Counted from the first letter of the stretch, positions 18,207 to 27,420 are shown. The stretch: 47,254 bases of DNA from a bacterium (GCA_021323995.1 JAJPJY010000091.1:1-47254); one strand, 5' to 3'. Notes: a model not told the origin generated them from the letters alone. Numbers and translations are program-made.

Positions 18207-18803
18207 GTAGATCCAGTTTGACCTAAGTCTAAGGACCCCCTTTCTTAGTATCGACGCGGTTATGGTTCTTCGCGATTGACCTTTGCGGCCACTGAAAGAC
18301 CAATCGTCATCGTCAAGTTCCGCGCTGAGGACCTCATCGATCTGTGTCGGAAAACGATCTTCTACTGGTTGCGTCTCCATATCAATCCGATAAACAAAGA
18401 CCACCAACCAGCCCTTTTCGGGATTATGCCCTTGCCAACCTCCTCTCTGTTTGGATGCTTTGACCTCCAAACCTTGACCACGCAAGACTTGATCACTTGG
18501 ATACTTGCCCTTTGGTATTAGGTCCGGGTATCCTCCAATCTTTCTGTTGCGTGTTAGTTGCACTGAATGGTCAGCCAGGTTCTTGACGATAATTTCGCTT
18601 AGGAATCCAGCAAACGCGTTGCCTAACATCATTTCTTCGAGCCGTGGCTGTCCCTTACTCACGAGGAAAGAGTTCATTCCGTATAGAAGATCGTGAGTCG
18701 CCTCAATCGTCAGCCTGACATTGTCTATCGTCAGACTATGAGGCAACACCGCTCTTGGATTGAATGAACCTCTGACTGTGGCCTTTTCGATGTACTTTGG
18801 CAA
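18168..18803 (-). CDS. Putative type II restriction endonuclease
   Basis: GFLSE...GYPDL...GLEVKAS PD-(D/E)xK core; divergent from a methyltransferase. Confidence 0.75.
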   Translation of the reverse strand: MPKYIEKATVRGSFNPRAVLPHSLTIDNVRLTIEATHDLLYGMNSFLVSKGQPRLEEMMLGNAFAGFLSEIIVKNLADHSVQLTRNRKIGGYPDLIPKGKYPSDQVLRGQGLEVKASKQRGGWQGHNPEKGWLVVFVYRIDMETQPVEDRFPTQIDEVLSAELDDDDWSFSGRKGQSRRTITASILRKGVLRLRSNWIYSAQDRNERLEVG

Positions 18804-18895
18804 TCAGTTTGGCGGACAAATCCGACACTTTTAAGGAGAGCGGACCTCAGAGATAATTCGATGCCGTCTTGCGCGGATCAAGTTGAGGGGAGATT

Positions 18896-19849
18896 ATGAC
18901 ATTCGACCTCTACTTGGCTGACTGCATGGAATGGCTGAAACATTCTCCAAAAAATTCCTTTCACGCTGTCATCACCGACCCCCCTTATGGCATGGTCGAG
19001 TATAGCGAAAAGGAGTTGAAGAAGCTCAAGAAGGGTCGCGGAGGAATCTGGCGCATTCCTCCCTCCATTGGAGGGAGCCAACGGAAACCGCTTCCCCGAT
19101 TCACTGTCCTCTCAAAGGATGAAATTGCTGATCTGAGGATGTTCTTTCAAGAATGGGGCGACACGCTCTGCCCGACTTTGGTTCCAGGTGCGCATGTGTT
19201 CATTGCGTCGAACCCGTTGTTGCTAAGCACAATCTCTTCCGCGATGATCGAGGCAGACTTCGAGTTTCGTGGAATAGTTGTGCGCCTCGTTCGGACTTTG
19301 AAAGGAGGCTTCAGACCTAAATTGGCGGAAGAAGAATTCAAGGAAGTCTCGTCAATGCCGCGTTCCGGATGGGAACCTTGGGCCATTTTGCGAAAACCCT
19401 TCTCGGGGCGACTGTCTGAAAACCTAAAGAAATGGGGAACTGGCGGTCTCAGAAGAAACCCAGACGGGAATCCGTTCACTGATGTAATATTGAGTACAAG
19501 GACCCCTCAGGAAGAACGAAGAATCGCTCCTCATCCATCGCTAAAGCCTCAAAGTCTTATGCGACGGTTAGTCTGGGCCGCTCTCCCTCTTGGTAAAGGG
19601 AAAATCTTAGATCCTTTCTGCGGTGCGGGTTCAACTTTAGCCGCGGCTGAGGCAATCGGATACGATAGTGTTGGACTCGAAATCTACCCAGAATATTTCG
19701 AGATAGCACGAAAGGCGATTCCTCGCCTTGCCGCGTTGAGAGTTGATCAATGGCAAGCTTCCAAAATTCCAATGAGTAGATCAGTCACTAAGGTGCATCC
19801 TGCTCAAGTGAGTTTGAGAGAAATCATCCAACCCGTTCCCGCTTCCTGA
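18896..19849 (+). CDS. N4-C/N6-A DNA methyltransferase, beta class
   Basis: ITDPPY precedes HPSLKP and ILDPFCGAGST. Confidence 0.93.
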   Translation: MTFDLYLADCMEWLKHSPKNSFHAVITDPPYGMVEYSEKELKKLKKGRGGIWRIPPSIGGSQRKPLPRFTVLSKDEIADLRMFFQEWGDTLCPTLVPGAHVFIASNPLLLSTISSAMIEADFEFRGIVVRLVRTLKGGFRPKLAEEEFKEVSSMPRSGWEPWAILRKPFSGRLSENLKKWGTGGLRRNPDGNPFTDVILSTRTPQEERRIAPHPSLKPQSLMRRLVWAALPLGKGKILDPFCGAGSTLAAAEAIGYDSVGLEIYPEYFEIARKAIPRLAALRVDQWQASKIPMSRSVTKVHPAQVSLREIIQPVPAS

Positions 19850-19855
19850 TCGCGA

Positions 19856-20176
19856 ATGGCAGACCAATTCGAATGCAGAATTTCCAAACATCAGATTAGT
19901 TCAGGATGCCTCTACATACCGACGCGAGTTCGTCCGGTCTTCCCAAAAGGGTATGATAAAGCAGAGATTCATGTAATTTTCGACGACGAGGAAGAACCCC
20001 GGTCTCTTACCTACGACCCCTACAATCACATAGTTTGGGGTCTTAGAAACTGGCACAACTCACATGGGGCGAAGATTGGAGACTTGGTAATAGTCGAACC
20101 CCTTGCCAAGGATTCCGTTCCTCCCAGCTATAGGTTCAGATTCGAGAAACAGACAAAGGTCCCGTTGCCTGGCTGA
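19856..20176 (+). CDS. B3/EcoRII-N-like pseudobarrel DNA-binding domain protein
   Basis: GCLYIP...GLRNWHNSHGAKIGDLVIVE pattern. Confidence 0.55.
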   Translation: MADQFECRISKHQISSGCLYIPTRVRPVFPKGYDKAEIHVIFDDEEEPRSLTYDPYNHIVWGLRNWHNSHGAKIGDLVIVEPLAKDSVPPSYRFRFEKQTKVPLPG

Positions 20177-20266
20177 AAGATTCGCTGAGCACCAAGAGTT
20201 GCCGGGCATTTACTGGTTTCGAATTACACTCCACCTTAATAGCTTCAGACGACTTCGCTCAAGCAC

Positions 20267-21205
20267 ATGGCGAGGCCCATCTTCCGTTGCCCGTTATGCA
20301 AATCGATAATTTCCAAGGGCGTCTTTGATCGAGTAACCGGCATTCTGGAGGAGCGAAAGCGACTTGAGAAAAGACTTCGAGACGAAGCAAAGTCTGCAAT
20401 CGAGAAGGGAAAGGCATCAGAACGAAGCCGGGCTAATCGTCTTGCTGGCATGCTTGAGTCTAAGACCGATAAGATTCGGGCCTTAATGAAAACCGTAGGA
20501 GACTTAAGAGATCAACTTCGTAAAGGAACAACTCCTCAAGTTGAAGGTCTCAACTTAGAAGAAGACCTCGCTCAAGAGTTGCGAGGTAGGTTCCGGGGCG
20601 ATAGAGTTCAGCGCTTCGGCAAGAAAGGTGACATTCTTCAAACCATAATGTATCGGAAGCAGGTCGCGGGGGTCATTCTTTACGAGTGCAAGAGAACCCA
20701 ACGATTCTCTCGCAAATATGTTGCTCAAACCAAACGCGCAATGGTAAAGCAAAGCGCAACATACGGCGTTCTGGTGACGACATCATTTCCGAGGGATTCT
20801 GCTGGCTTCACCGTATCTGAGGATATTTTCGTCATTCATCCGTTCGGGGCTTGTGACCTCGCGGAGTTCTTGAGAAAAGGGCTAATCGAGCTTCAATCTC
20901 TAAGGATAACTGGGGAAGAAACGAATCAACGGGGTAGAGTGTTATTGGATTACGCACGATCTGAGGACTTCAGAAACGCGATTCAAGATTCCATCCATTC
21001 GACCCATGCTCTCCGTGATTTGTTAGCGTCAGAGGTTCGGTCTCATTATCTGATGTGGAAGAAGCGGATCGATCACTATCGAGGGATCAACAATAACATA
21101 ATCCTGGTAGGTGAAAACGCCCGTCGTGTGGTCAGAGGAGAACCCCTAATCAAGCGAATCGACCAAACTCAAGTCCTCGCGCCGGTAAAGGAGCTACCGG
21201 CATGA
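20267..21205 (+). CDS. DUF2130-like coiled-coil protein with PD-(D/E)xK-like core
   Basis: N-terminal CPLC, coiled coil, GLNLE...GDILQ...ILYECKRT. Confidence 0.75.
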   Translation: MARPIFRCPLCKSIISKGVFDRVTGILEERKRLEKRLRDEAKSAIEKGKASERSRANRLAGMLESKTDKIRALMKTVGDLRDQLRKGTTPQVEGLNLEEDLAQELRGRFRGDRVQRFGKKGDILQTIMYRKQVAGVILYECKRTQRFSRKYVAQTKRAMVKQSATYGVLVTTSFPRDSAGFTVSEDIFVIHPFGACDLAEFLRKGLIELQSLRITGEETNQRGRVLLDYARSEDFRNAIQDSIHSTHALRDLLASEVRSHYLMWKKRIDHYRGINNNIILVGENARRVVRGEPLIKRIDQTQVLAPVKELPA

Positions 21206-21506
21206 TTTCTCCTATCCGAAGCTGGAGCTTCATCGACTAGGATGCTGTCGGCTTAGATGCCGACGATCTAAATCTTAGAGATTTTCGAGGATTCCGCGTG
21301 AACCAAATCCGCGTTTTGAGGCTGATTTGGACTCAAAACTACTCCTGTTCGAAACACAGGCTCTGATCTGGAAGATATTCTTATTAGAGAATCTAAGGGA
21401 ATGACCGATTGAGCAACACAGCGGAGATCATCTCCGGGGGCGGCCGGCGTAGGCCGTCTCAAATGAAGCCGCTAGTGCCGGATTACTCCGAGTATTTTTG
21501 CCTCGG

Positions 21507-22118
21507 TCATTCCTTGTCTGAGTCCTCCGGCTCTACCGTCGGGCCCATGACTCTGACTCCTCCTTTTCCCACTTTTGCAAAGGCAACATAATAGCCCCAG
21601 CCTCGGTCCGTCTTTACCCGGCTCACTTCTCCGGCTCTTACGAGATTGGTAAGGGCTCCCGAAATATCCGTGGACTGAACATATATTCCGCTGACCTGAA
21701 GCGCGTCCACAATCTCCTTTATGGTTCGAGGACTGTGAGCCCAGCCTGAGACAAGGAGCTGTTTCACTGCCTCAGCCTTGGACTTTGGGTTGACGATCCG
21801 AGGTACTTCCTCGGTGGGCTGAAGGAATTCCTCGTCGCTCATCGGTCTCGGTTTTCCTGCCGGAGAGAATGTCTTCCGGAACTTTTCGGTGTATGAGTCG
21901 ATATTGTTGAAAGCCTCGGCTACTTCCTTCTGCGTACCTTGAATCTCGACCTCGATATCCCCTATCTTGAGCCGGACTTTCAGCGACAAGGATGCTGTGG
22001 CCTTAGCGCCCGGCCTTATATTCTTTAGGGTCACAGGGGCCACCGCGCGACTTTTAGCGAAATCAGCTCTAACAGCCTGTCCGGGGCCTGTTTTCAGGTT
22101 ATTTTCTGATAGTGACAT
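21507..22118 (-). CDS. Putative DNA-binding protein with C-terminal winged helix
   Basis: PRTIKEIVDAL...ISGALTNLVRAGEVSR...GWGY; N-terminal LKIGDIEVEIQG. Confidence 0.75.
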   Translation of the reverse strand: MSLSENNLKTGPGQAVRADFAKSRAVAPVTLKNIRPGAKATASLSLKVRLKIGDIEVEIQGTQKEVAEAFNNIDSYTEKFRKTFSPAGKPRPMSDEEFLQPTEEVPRIVNPKSKAEAVKQLLVSGWAHSPRTIKEIVDALQVSGIYVQSTDISGALTNLVRAGEVSRVKTDRGWGYYVAFAKVGKGGVRVMGPTVEPEDSDKE

Positions 22119-22187
22119 TTAGCACGAGTGTTATCGCTTATGCAGTTGATACATACGCATACAGCTTCCTCGTCGATGAAGGTCCGT

Positions 22188-23645
22188 CTATGGATGGGAG
22201 AAACCTTTCCGCATTATGATTGTTCCGTTTATCCGGCCCTTTTCCTCGAACCCGTCTGCGATAGCCTGTGCGTAAGCTTCGACATCATCATCCGGGACTT
22301 TCCTGATTTCGTGCTTGTTCCCGTTTCCATTGGTTGAAGCTACTTCGACAGCCAACATAACTCTCTCCTCATGATTGAGCATCTGTAGATGATCGTAGTG
22401 CCCCTTTCCTTCAGCGGCGTATTCCGCTGTCTGAGCGGCCTTCAATCTCGCCATGATCTCTTGGAATAGGTCCTTGTGATTCTTGTAGAGATCGTTCAGC
22501 ATTCGGTTATGCGCTTCTTCCTCTGAGATATGTAGCTGGATTGCGAGAGTCGCAGCGAGCCGACAACATTCTCTCTCCCCACTAACTTTTTCCTCTCCTT
22601 TACCAGTCCGCAGATTCAGTATTGGTCTAAGTCGGGATAGTTGACGAATGATTAGCTCTCGACCATCCCGCGTCTTGTGGAAGCGATTGTATTCCAGCGG
22701 GTCGATCTTGTGGCCCAGACTGAACTCCGCTATAGTTGGGGAGACTTCATGGATTTCGCAGAGGGTCCTGAAGAAATCTCTCCCGAGTTCGTGGGGACGG
22801 ATTCTGTAGCTCAGCTTTCCCGGCTCTTTACTTTCGAGACCCGACCTATCAGCCAGATGTCGGATGAACGACTGAACCACAGCATCCGAAATCGGCTCAC
22901 CAGTTTGATTCACAAATAACGGGTCTTTATCGTGGAGGGGACGCTGAAGCTCCCGTTCCCGTTCTTGAATGAGCGTCCTCAAATCCTCGACGCAATCATC
23001 CCAGAGCAGAACGAAGTATGTGATTCCGGTCTTATGCCGAGTGACGGAGACTTCGACCGGAACGGTCTTGGCCTTGATCTTTTCGCGATACTTGCTCCAA
23101 TCATGCGCGAACTGTAACCATTCCGATATTCCAAACCCAACTATCAGGCTGGAAATTATTGCTCTGTCTCTCGTTGTCCGGCAGGCATTGTAGAGTTGTT
23201 TGACTTCATCGACCGAGAGGGGTAGGCGTTCTTCTCGTTCGCGGGCCTCTGCAACTAACTGGTCTCGATCCGCTAATGTGATGGAGTAGCTTTGAACATC
23301 ACCTAACTGATTTTCCAAGAAGCTTCTGACAGCAGAAGCGATCACATTCCGGGTGTCGCTGGTGAGATGGCGTTTGGTCCGGGTAGAGATATACTGATGG
23401 AGGAATGTTTCAAGATCAGTACCCCAAGATCGTCGGGTTTTGACATCTTCGGCTCTCTGAGATTCCTTGACGAATTCAAGCCACTTAGGAATCGAGGCGA
23501 ACCGGCGGGACAACCAATGTCGCCAGTAAACGCTCAGGCTCTGTAGATACAGTCCGGCAGTGGCTTTTGACTTCAGAGCGACCTTGGAATGCCATTCTAA
23601 AACAGCAGGTATCTCAAGCAGAGCGGCGACCACAGGTCGGCTCAC
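22188..23645 (-). CDS. Tyrosine recombinase/integrase
   Basis: RDRAII, RHKTG, PLFV, RPHELGRDFF, LGH and EY motifs; starts 48 nt from the right direct repeat. Confidence 0.88.
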   Translation of the reverse strand: MSRPVVAALLEIPAVLEWHSKVALKSKATAGLYLQSLSVYWRHWLSRRFASIPKWLEFVKESQRAEDVKTRRSWGTDLETFLHQYISTRTKRHLTSDTRNVIASAVRSFLENQLGDVQSYSITLADRDQLVAEAREREERLPLSVDEVKQLYNACRTTRDRAIISSLIVGFGISEWLQFAHDWSKYREKIKAKTVPVEVSVTRHKTGITYFVLLWDDCVEDLRTLIQERERELQRPLHDKDPLFVNQTGEPISDAVVQSFIRHLADRSGLESKEPGKLSYRIRPHELGRDFFRTLCEIHEVSPTIAEFSLGHKIDPLEYNRFHKTRDGRELIIRQLSRLRPILNLRTGKGEEKVSGERECCRLAATLAIQLHISEEEAHNRMLNDLYKNHKDLFQEIMARLKAAQTAEYAAEGKGHYDHLQMLNHEERVMLAVEVASTNGNGNKHEIRKVPDDDVEAYAQAIADGFEEKGRINGTIIMRKGFSHP

Positions 23646-23693
23646 CGGAGAAGACCTCCGATAGGGCTCGATAAAACGATGTCAGAACCTACG

Positions 23694-23713
23694 ACCAAAG
23701 GTAAATATTGACT
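23694..23713 (+). repeat. Putative attR: ACCAAAGGTAAATATTGACT, overlapping the likely elf1 BRE/TATA
   Basis: 18/20 match to 8153-8172. Confidence 0.8.
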
Positions 23714-23744
23714 CTCCGGCTCTAAGCTACAAGAGTAGTGTCGA

Positions 23745-24377
23745 TTGGGGAGAAGAAGACGCCGGGTAGTTCGCATTGTTAAGAAGAAACTACCCACTGT
23801 CTTCGTTTGTCCAAGATGCGGTGAAGAAGCAGTAAGGGTCACCATCGCTAAGGACACAGGACACGCAACAGTCCTCTGTGCTCTCTGCAACCTGAAGGAC
23901 GATTTCCCAGCCCACCCGGCGGCACAAGCTATCGACGTCTATTCGTATTTCACCGACCGATTTTATGGAGTAAAAGATCCGCACCCTATCATTCCCCACG
24001 ACAGAGAATATCAACACGTTCCCTCTGAAGAAGAGCCGCTGGAAGAAACCATTACGCAACCTGCCAGTGAGGCCGAACCTCAACCATCAAGGCTCGAGAT
24101 TGAGAATAAGAAGCTGGAAATAGAATCTCGGTCATCAGTCCAAGAGGCTACGCCGCCCGAAATATCCGATCAGCGATCCGCTGAGAACACTCCGGTCGAA
24201 GCGTCAGCGGTGACGGATCAAGAAACGACCAGTGAAGCACAAACGGAGACTCCGCTAGAATCGGAGAAGGAACCAGAAGAGGACACGGAACCGTTCGCTG
24301 ATATTATGGAGAACAAGGATAAGAAGCGATACAGCTCTACGCCGTTGCCTCAATCGACTTCTGAACAGACTAGCTGA
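23745..24377 (+). CDS. elf1: Transcription elongation factor Elf1 homolog with long acidic C-terminal tail
   Basis: MGRRRRR...KKKLPTVFVCPRCG...CALC...IDVYSYFTD. Confidence 0.88.
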   Translation: MGRRRRRVVRIVKKKLPTVFVCPRCGEEAVRVTIAKDTGHATVLCALCNLKDDFPAHPAAQAIDVYSYFTDRFYGVKDPHPIIPHDREYQHVPSEEEPLEETITQPASEAEPQPSRLEIENKKLEIESRSSVQEATPPEISDQRSAENTPVEASAVTDQETTSEAQTETPLESEKEPEEDTEPFADIMENKDKKRYSSTPLPQSTSEQTS

Positions 24378-24383
24378 ATTCGG

Positions 24384-24785
24384 TTAGCTTCTGTGGATTT
24401 TCCTCTCTTCGTAGATCGGTTCGAGCATATTCACAACTCGATCGACGGTAGTTCTATGGGAGCGCAGAGCGTCGATCACTCCCTTCTCATAGATTTTGAA
24501 AATGTTTGTCATCGTCATTCTCGGGTGAAGGGGAGCGAACCTTGTCTCAGAACCGGTCGCTCTTATTATGAGACCATTCAACAACATTCGTTCAAGGAGA
24601 GCTTGCGTTTCTGCAAGCGGGATATCCAGCGCAAGACCGAGTTCGTGAGGCGTCATATCGAAGCCTTCCAGTAATCGCAAATACGCCTTGGTCTCAACTG
24701 GTTTGATTTCGAACTGCCGCTGAAGGAGTTCGACAAGTTCTCTTTCGTCGACTGGTCTACGCTTTAGTGAGCCCGGCACTGGCAT
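24384..24785 (-). CDS. TrmB-like winged-helix protein
   Basis: ETKAYLRLL...LERMLLNGLI...RFAPLHP. Confidence 0.75.
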   Translation of the reverse strand: MPVPGSLKRRPVDERELVELLQRQFEIKPVETKAYLRLLEGFDMTPHELGLALDIPLAETQALLERMLLNGLIIRATGSETRFAPLHPRMTMTNIFKIYEKGVIDALRSHRTTVDRVVNMLEPIYEERKIHRS

Positions 24786-24897
24786 GATTCGTCTCTGGCG
24801 AGGCTAGTATTTCATCTTGTGAACGTAGCCCGATGGTCGACTACCTCCAAAGAGCTCTAATCTCGGCTCAAGGACAGCATGGAGCCACGGCGTCCGA

Positions 24898-25443
24898 CTA
24901 TCTGCATCCAGCGCAGGTTGCAGAATGCTTCTCGACCGGAGGCAGCAGTTTGAGAATGAGAGATATGGCTTCTGACATCATGAAGTTTGAAGGACGGGAC
25001 GTGTAGCGTTCCGTCCATGCTAGTGTACGGATGTATGCGACATGTTTCTTCATGAGTTCATACGATTTGTGCATCACCATGGCGAGTTCCTGTGATTCCC
25101 ACATGTTGCTCCTGAGAAACGGAGCTATCACATCCAGTATGCCCGGGGAGCGCGACCTATGCGGAAGAGTCGGCGCTCGCACATTCAGCCCGAGGTCGGT
25201 CATCCGAGGTCCGCGCTGAAGAAAAACAGGTCTTATCATTAGTGCAAGGCCCGCTACAGACGCGGCTGCTAACCCAAGTGCTAGAACCGTCAAGCTTTCG
25301 GTTGAACCAAAGAGCGGCGGATTGGTCTGCGGGCTAACCCAGTGAAATGCTGTAAGAAATAGAAGGAAGAGTGGAGGTTCGAATAAGGCCATGAGGAACG
25401 CGGGCTTGTAGAGAGTGAACCAGGATAAGGCGTGAGCCCGCAA
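24898..25443 (-). CDS. Hypothetical membrane protein
   Basis: Two N-terminal hydrophobic segments. Confidence 0.55.
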   Translation of the reverse strand: MRAHALSWFTLYKPAFLMALFEPPLFLLFLTAFHWVSPQTNPPLFGSTESLTVLALGLAAASVAGLALMIRPVFLQRGPRMTDLGLNVRAPTLPHRSRSPGILDVIAPFLRSNMWESQELAMVMHKSYELMKKHVAYIRTLAWTERYTSRPSNFMMSEAISLILKLLPPVEKHSATCAGCR

Positions 25444-25758
25444 TGAGCCGATGCTCGGCCTGGTCTTTCTTTTCAGAACTATTGTCAGGTGTTAAACTCA
25501 CCCCACCTTGTTAGGCGCGGCGAGCATTGTCTCACATGTCCTCCGCTGAACAGTGAAAAGCGCGTCTTGGTAGCGAGAATAAGAGTTCCGTTACATTCCG
25601 CCTTTCTTCCGGGTTACGTGATTTCGAAGAATAGAGCTCTCGCGTTAGTCAAGAGCACTTACGAAGGTGGGGAGTTGTTCCCCGCCTTCACACGGGTATT
25701 AGTGTCAGAAGACTTATTAGCGGTGCTACTGGCGTATTCACTACTCAGAGTGGTATAA

Positions 25759-27420
25759 TTGGCGCTATTAGAAATTGAGCTACCAGTTGAACTGCAGCCC
25801 GAGCAGAAGCAAATAGGACGCTTCATCCGCAGAACCCAGAGCGTCTGCCCGGAATGCAACCGCATACTTCCAAGCACCGTATTCGAACGTGATAACAAGG
25901 TCTTCATGACCAAAACATGTCCGGAACACGGGGAGACCGAGGAGCTGTACTTTGGATCATATGACATGTATCAGAAGTTCGCCACATACTGGAGCGACGG
26001 CAAGGGAACTCATGCTCCAAACGTTCCAATAGAGAGCTGTGCCTGCCCGGCAAACTGCGGTCTCTGTTCAAACCACCTTAGCCATACTGGACTAGCCAAT
26101 ATCATCGTCACCAACCGTTGCGACCTCACATGCTGGTACTGCTTCTTCTACGTGAAGAAGGGTCTCGAAGGAGCATACGTCTACGAACCCAGCATGGACC
26201 AGGTCCGCGAAATGGTCCGGGCACTAAAGGCCGAGAGGCCAGTCCCCGGAAACAGCCTCCAGATAACTGGAGGAGAGCCAACACTCCGCCCAGAACTCCC
26301 TGAGATCGTGAAGATCATCAAGGAAGAGGGCGTAGACCACATCCAGCTCAATACGAACGGAATCAACCTCGCACTAAACCCGAACCTCGCGCACGAGCTA
26401 AGAGACGCTGGACTTAGCAACCTCTACATGAGCTTTGACGGAGTCTCACCCAGGACCAATCCGAAGAACCACTGGGAAGCACCCTACACCATCGAGAGCT
26501 GCCGAAAGGCCAACCTAGGAGTAGTACTGGTCCCGACAGTCATCAAATCAATCAACGATCACGAGCTCGGAGGCATTCTCAACTTTGCCCAACGCAACAT
26601 CGACATCGTCCGGGCGATAAGCTACCAGCCCGTCTCACTCACTGGAAGAATGAAGAAACAAGAGCGCGAGAAATATAGGATCACAATACCTGACTGCATC
26701 GAGAGGATCGAGGAACAGACAAACGGAGAGATTCCGAGAGACGCATGGTTCCCCGTTCCAAGCTGCTCGCCCGTAACCCACTTCGTTGAAGCATTCACAA
26801 AGCGTCCGCAATACGAGCTCTCAATACACTTCGCATGTGGAGCAGGCACCTACGTCTTCGAAGACAAGGATACGAAGAAGCTCGTCCCGATAACCAGCTT
26901 CGTAGACCTCAAAGGACTCTTCGAATACCTCGACGAGAAGACCGACGAGCTCAACTCAGGCACCAACAAGTACCTCGTCGCTGCCAAGTTCATCAGCAAA
27001 CTCAACAGCTTCATCGAAAAAGACAAACAACCAGCAGGTCTCAACCTGTCAAAACTTCTGGTCGGAGCACTGCTCAAGCACGACTACAGCTCGGTTGGAC
27101 AATTCCATGTCCGAAGCATGTTCCTTGGAATGATGCACTTCCAGGACAAGTACAACCAAGACGAGGAAAGGCTGCAGCGCTGCGACATACACTACCTGAC
27201 ACCAGACATGAGGATCATTCCCTTCTGCTCGTTCAACGTAATACCCGAATGGTACCGGGACAGGATACAGAAAAAGTACGGTATCACCGTGGACGAGTGG
27301 GAGAAAAAGAACGGCGAAAAGCTAGAGGCGAGACTCTACAGAGGAACACTCCGAAGAGGGAAGCACGCCGACGGCTGCGGATGCAGTAGTGTACACATCG
27401 AGCCCATAACGGGCACCTAA
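25759..27420 (+). CDS. tes: Radical SAM enzyme of the tetraether lipid synthase (Tes/GDGT-MAS) family
   Basis: N-terminal CPEC...KTCPEHG, CPANCGLC, radical SAM motif CDLTCWYC, HFACG, RCDIHY...IPFC. Confidence 0.85.
   Translation: MALLEIELPVELQPEQKQIGRFIRRTQSVCPECNRILPSTVFERDNKVFMTKTCPEHGETEELYFGSYDMYQKFATYWSDGKGTHAPNVPIESCACPANCGLCSNHLSHTGLANIIVTNRCDLTCWYCFFYVKKGLEGAYVYEPSMDQVREMVRALKAERPVPGNSLQITGGEPTLRPELPEIVKIIKEEGVDHIQLNTNGINLALNPNLAHELRDAGLSNLYMSFDGVSPRTNPKNHWEAPYTIESCRKANLGVVLVPTVIKSINDHELGGILNFAQRNIDIVRAISYQPVSLTGRMKKQEREKYRITIPDCIERIEEQTNGEIPRDAWFPVPSCSPVTHFVEAFTKRPQYELSIHFACGAGTYVFEDKDTKKLVPITSFVDLKGLFEYLDEKTDELNSGTNKYLVAAKFISKLNSFIEKDKQPAGLNLSKLLVGALLKHDYSSVGQFHVRSMFLGMMHFQDKYNQDEERLQRCDIHYLTPDMRIIPFCSFNVIPEWYRDRIQKKYGITVDEWEKKNGEKLEARLYRGTLRRGKHADGCGCSSVHIEPITGT

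Larger units (their letters stand above)
8153..23713. mobile_element. Integrated ~15.5 kb provirus/satellite-like element
   Basis: Direct repeats at both ends, tyrosine recombinase next to the right repeat, HK97-type protease, many small Zn-finger/HTH ORFs, R-M cargo. Confidence 0.85.

Noticed and set aside
21268..21462. 64-aa ORF between DUF2130 and the wHTH gene
   Set aside because: No motif or coupling support; it cannot be distinguished from a chance ORF
25444..25758. RNase P or SRP RNA in the ~315-nt gap, or the 89-aa ORF 25489-25758
   Set aside because: I could not find the RNase P P4 motifs or the SRP helix 8 motif on either strand, and the ORF has no recognisable features
26835..27389. 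184-aa alternative-frame ORF inside tes, and the many similar antisense or shadow ORFs in the track
   Set aside because: Fully nested in well-supported genes, with R/Q/S-rich composition typical of codon-bias shadows
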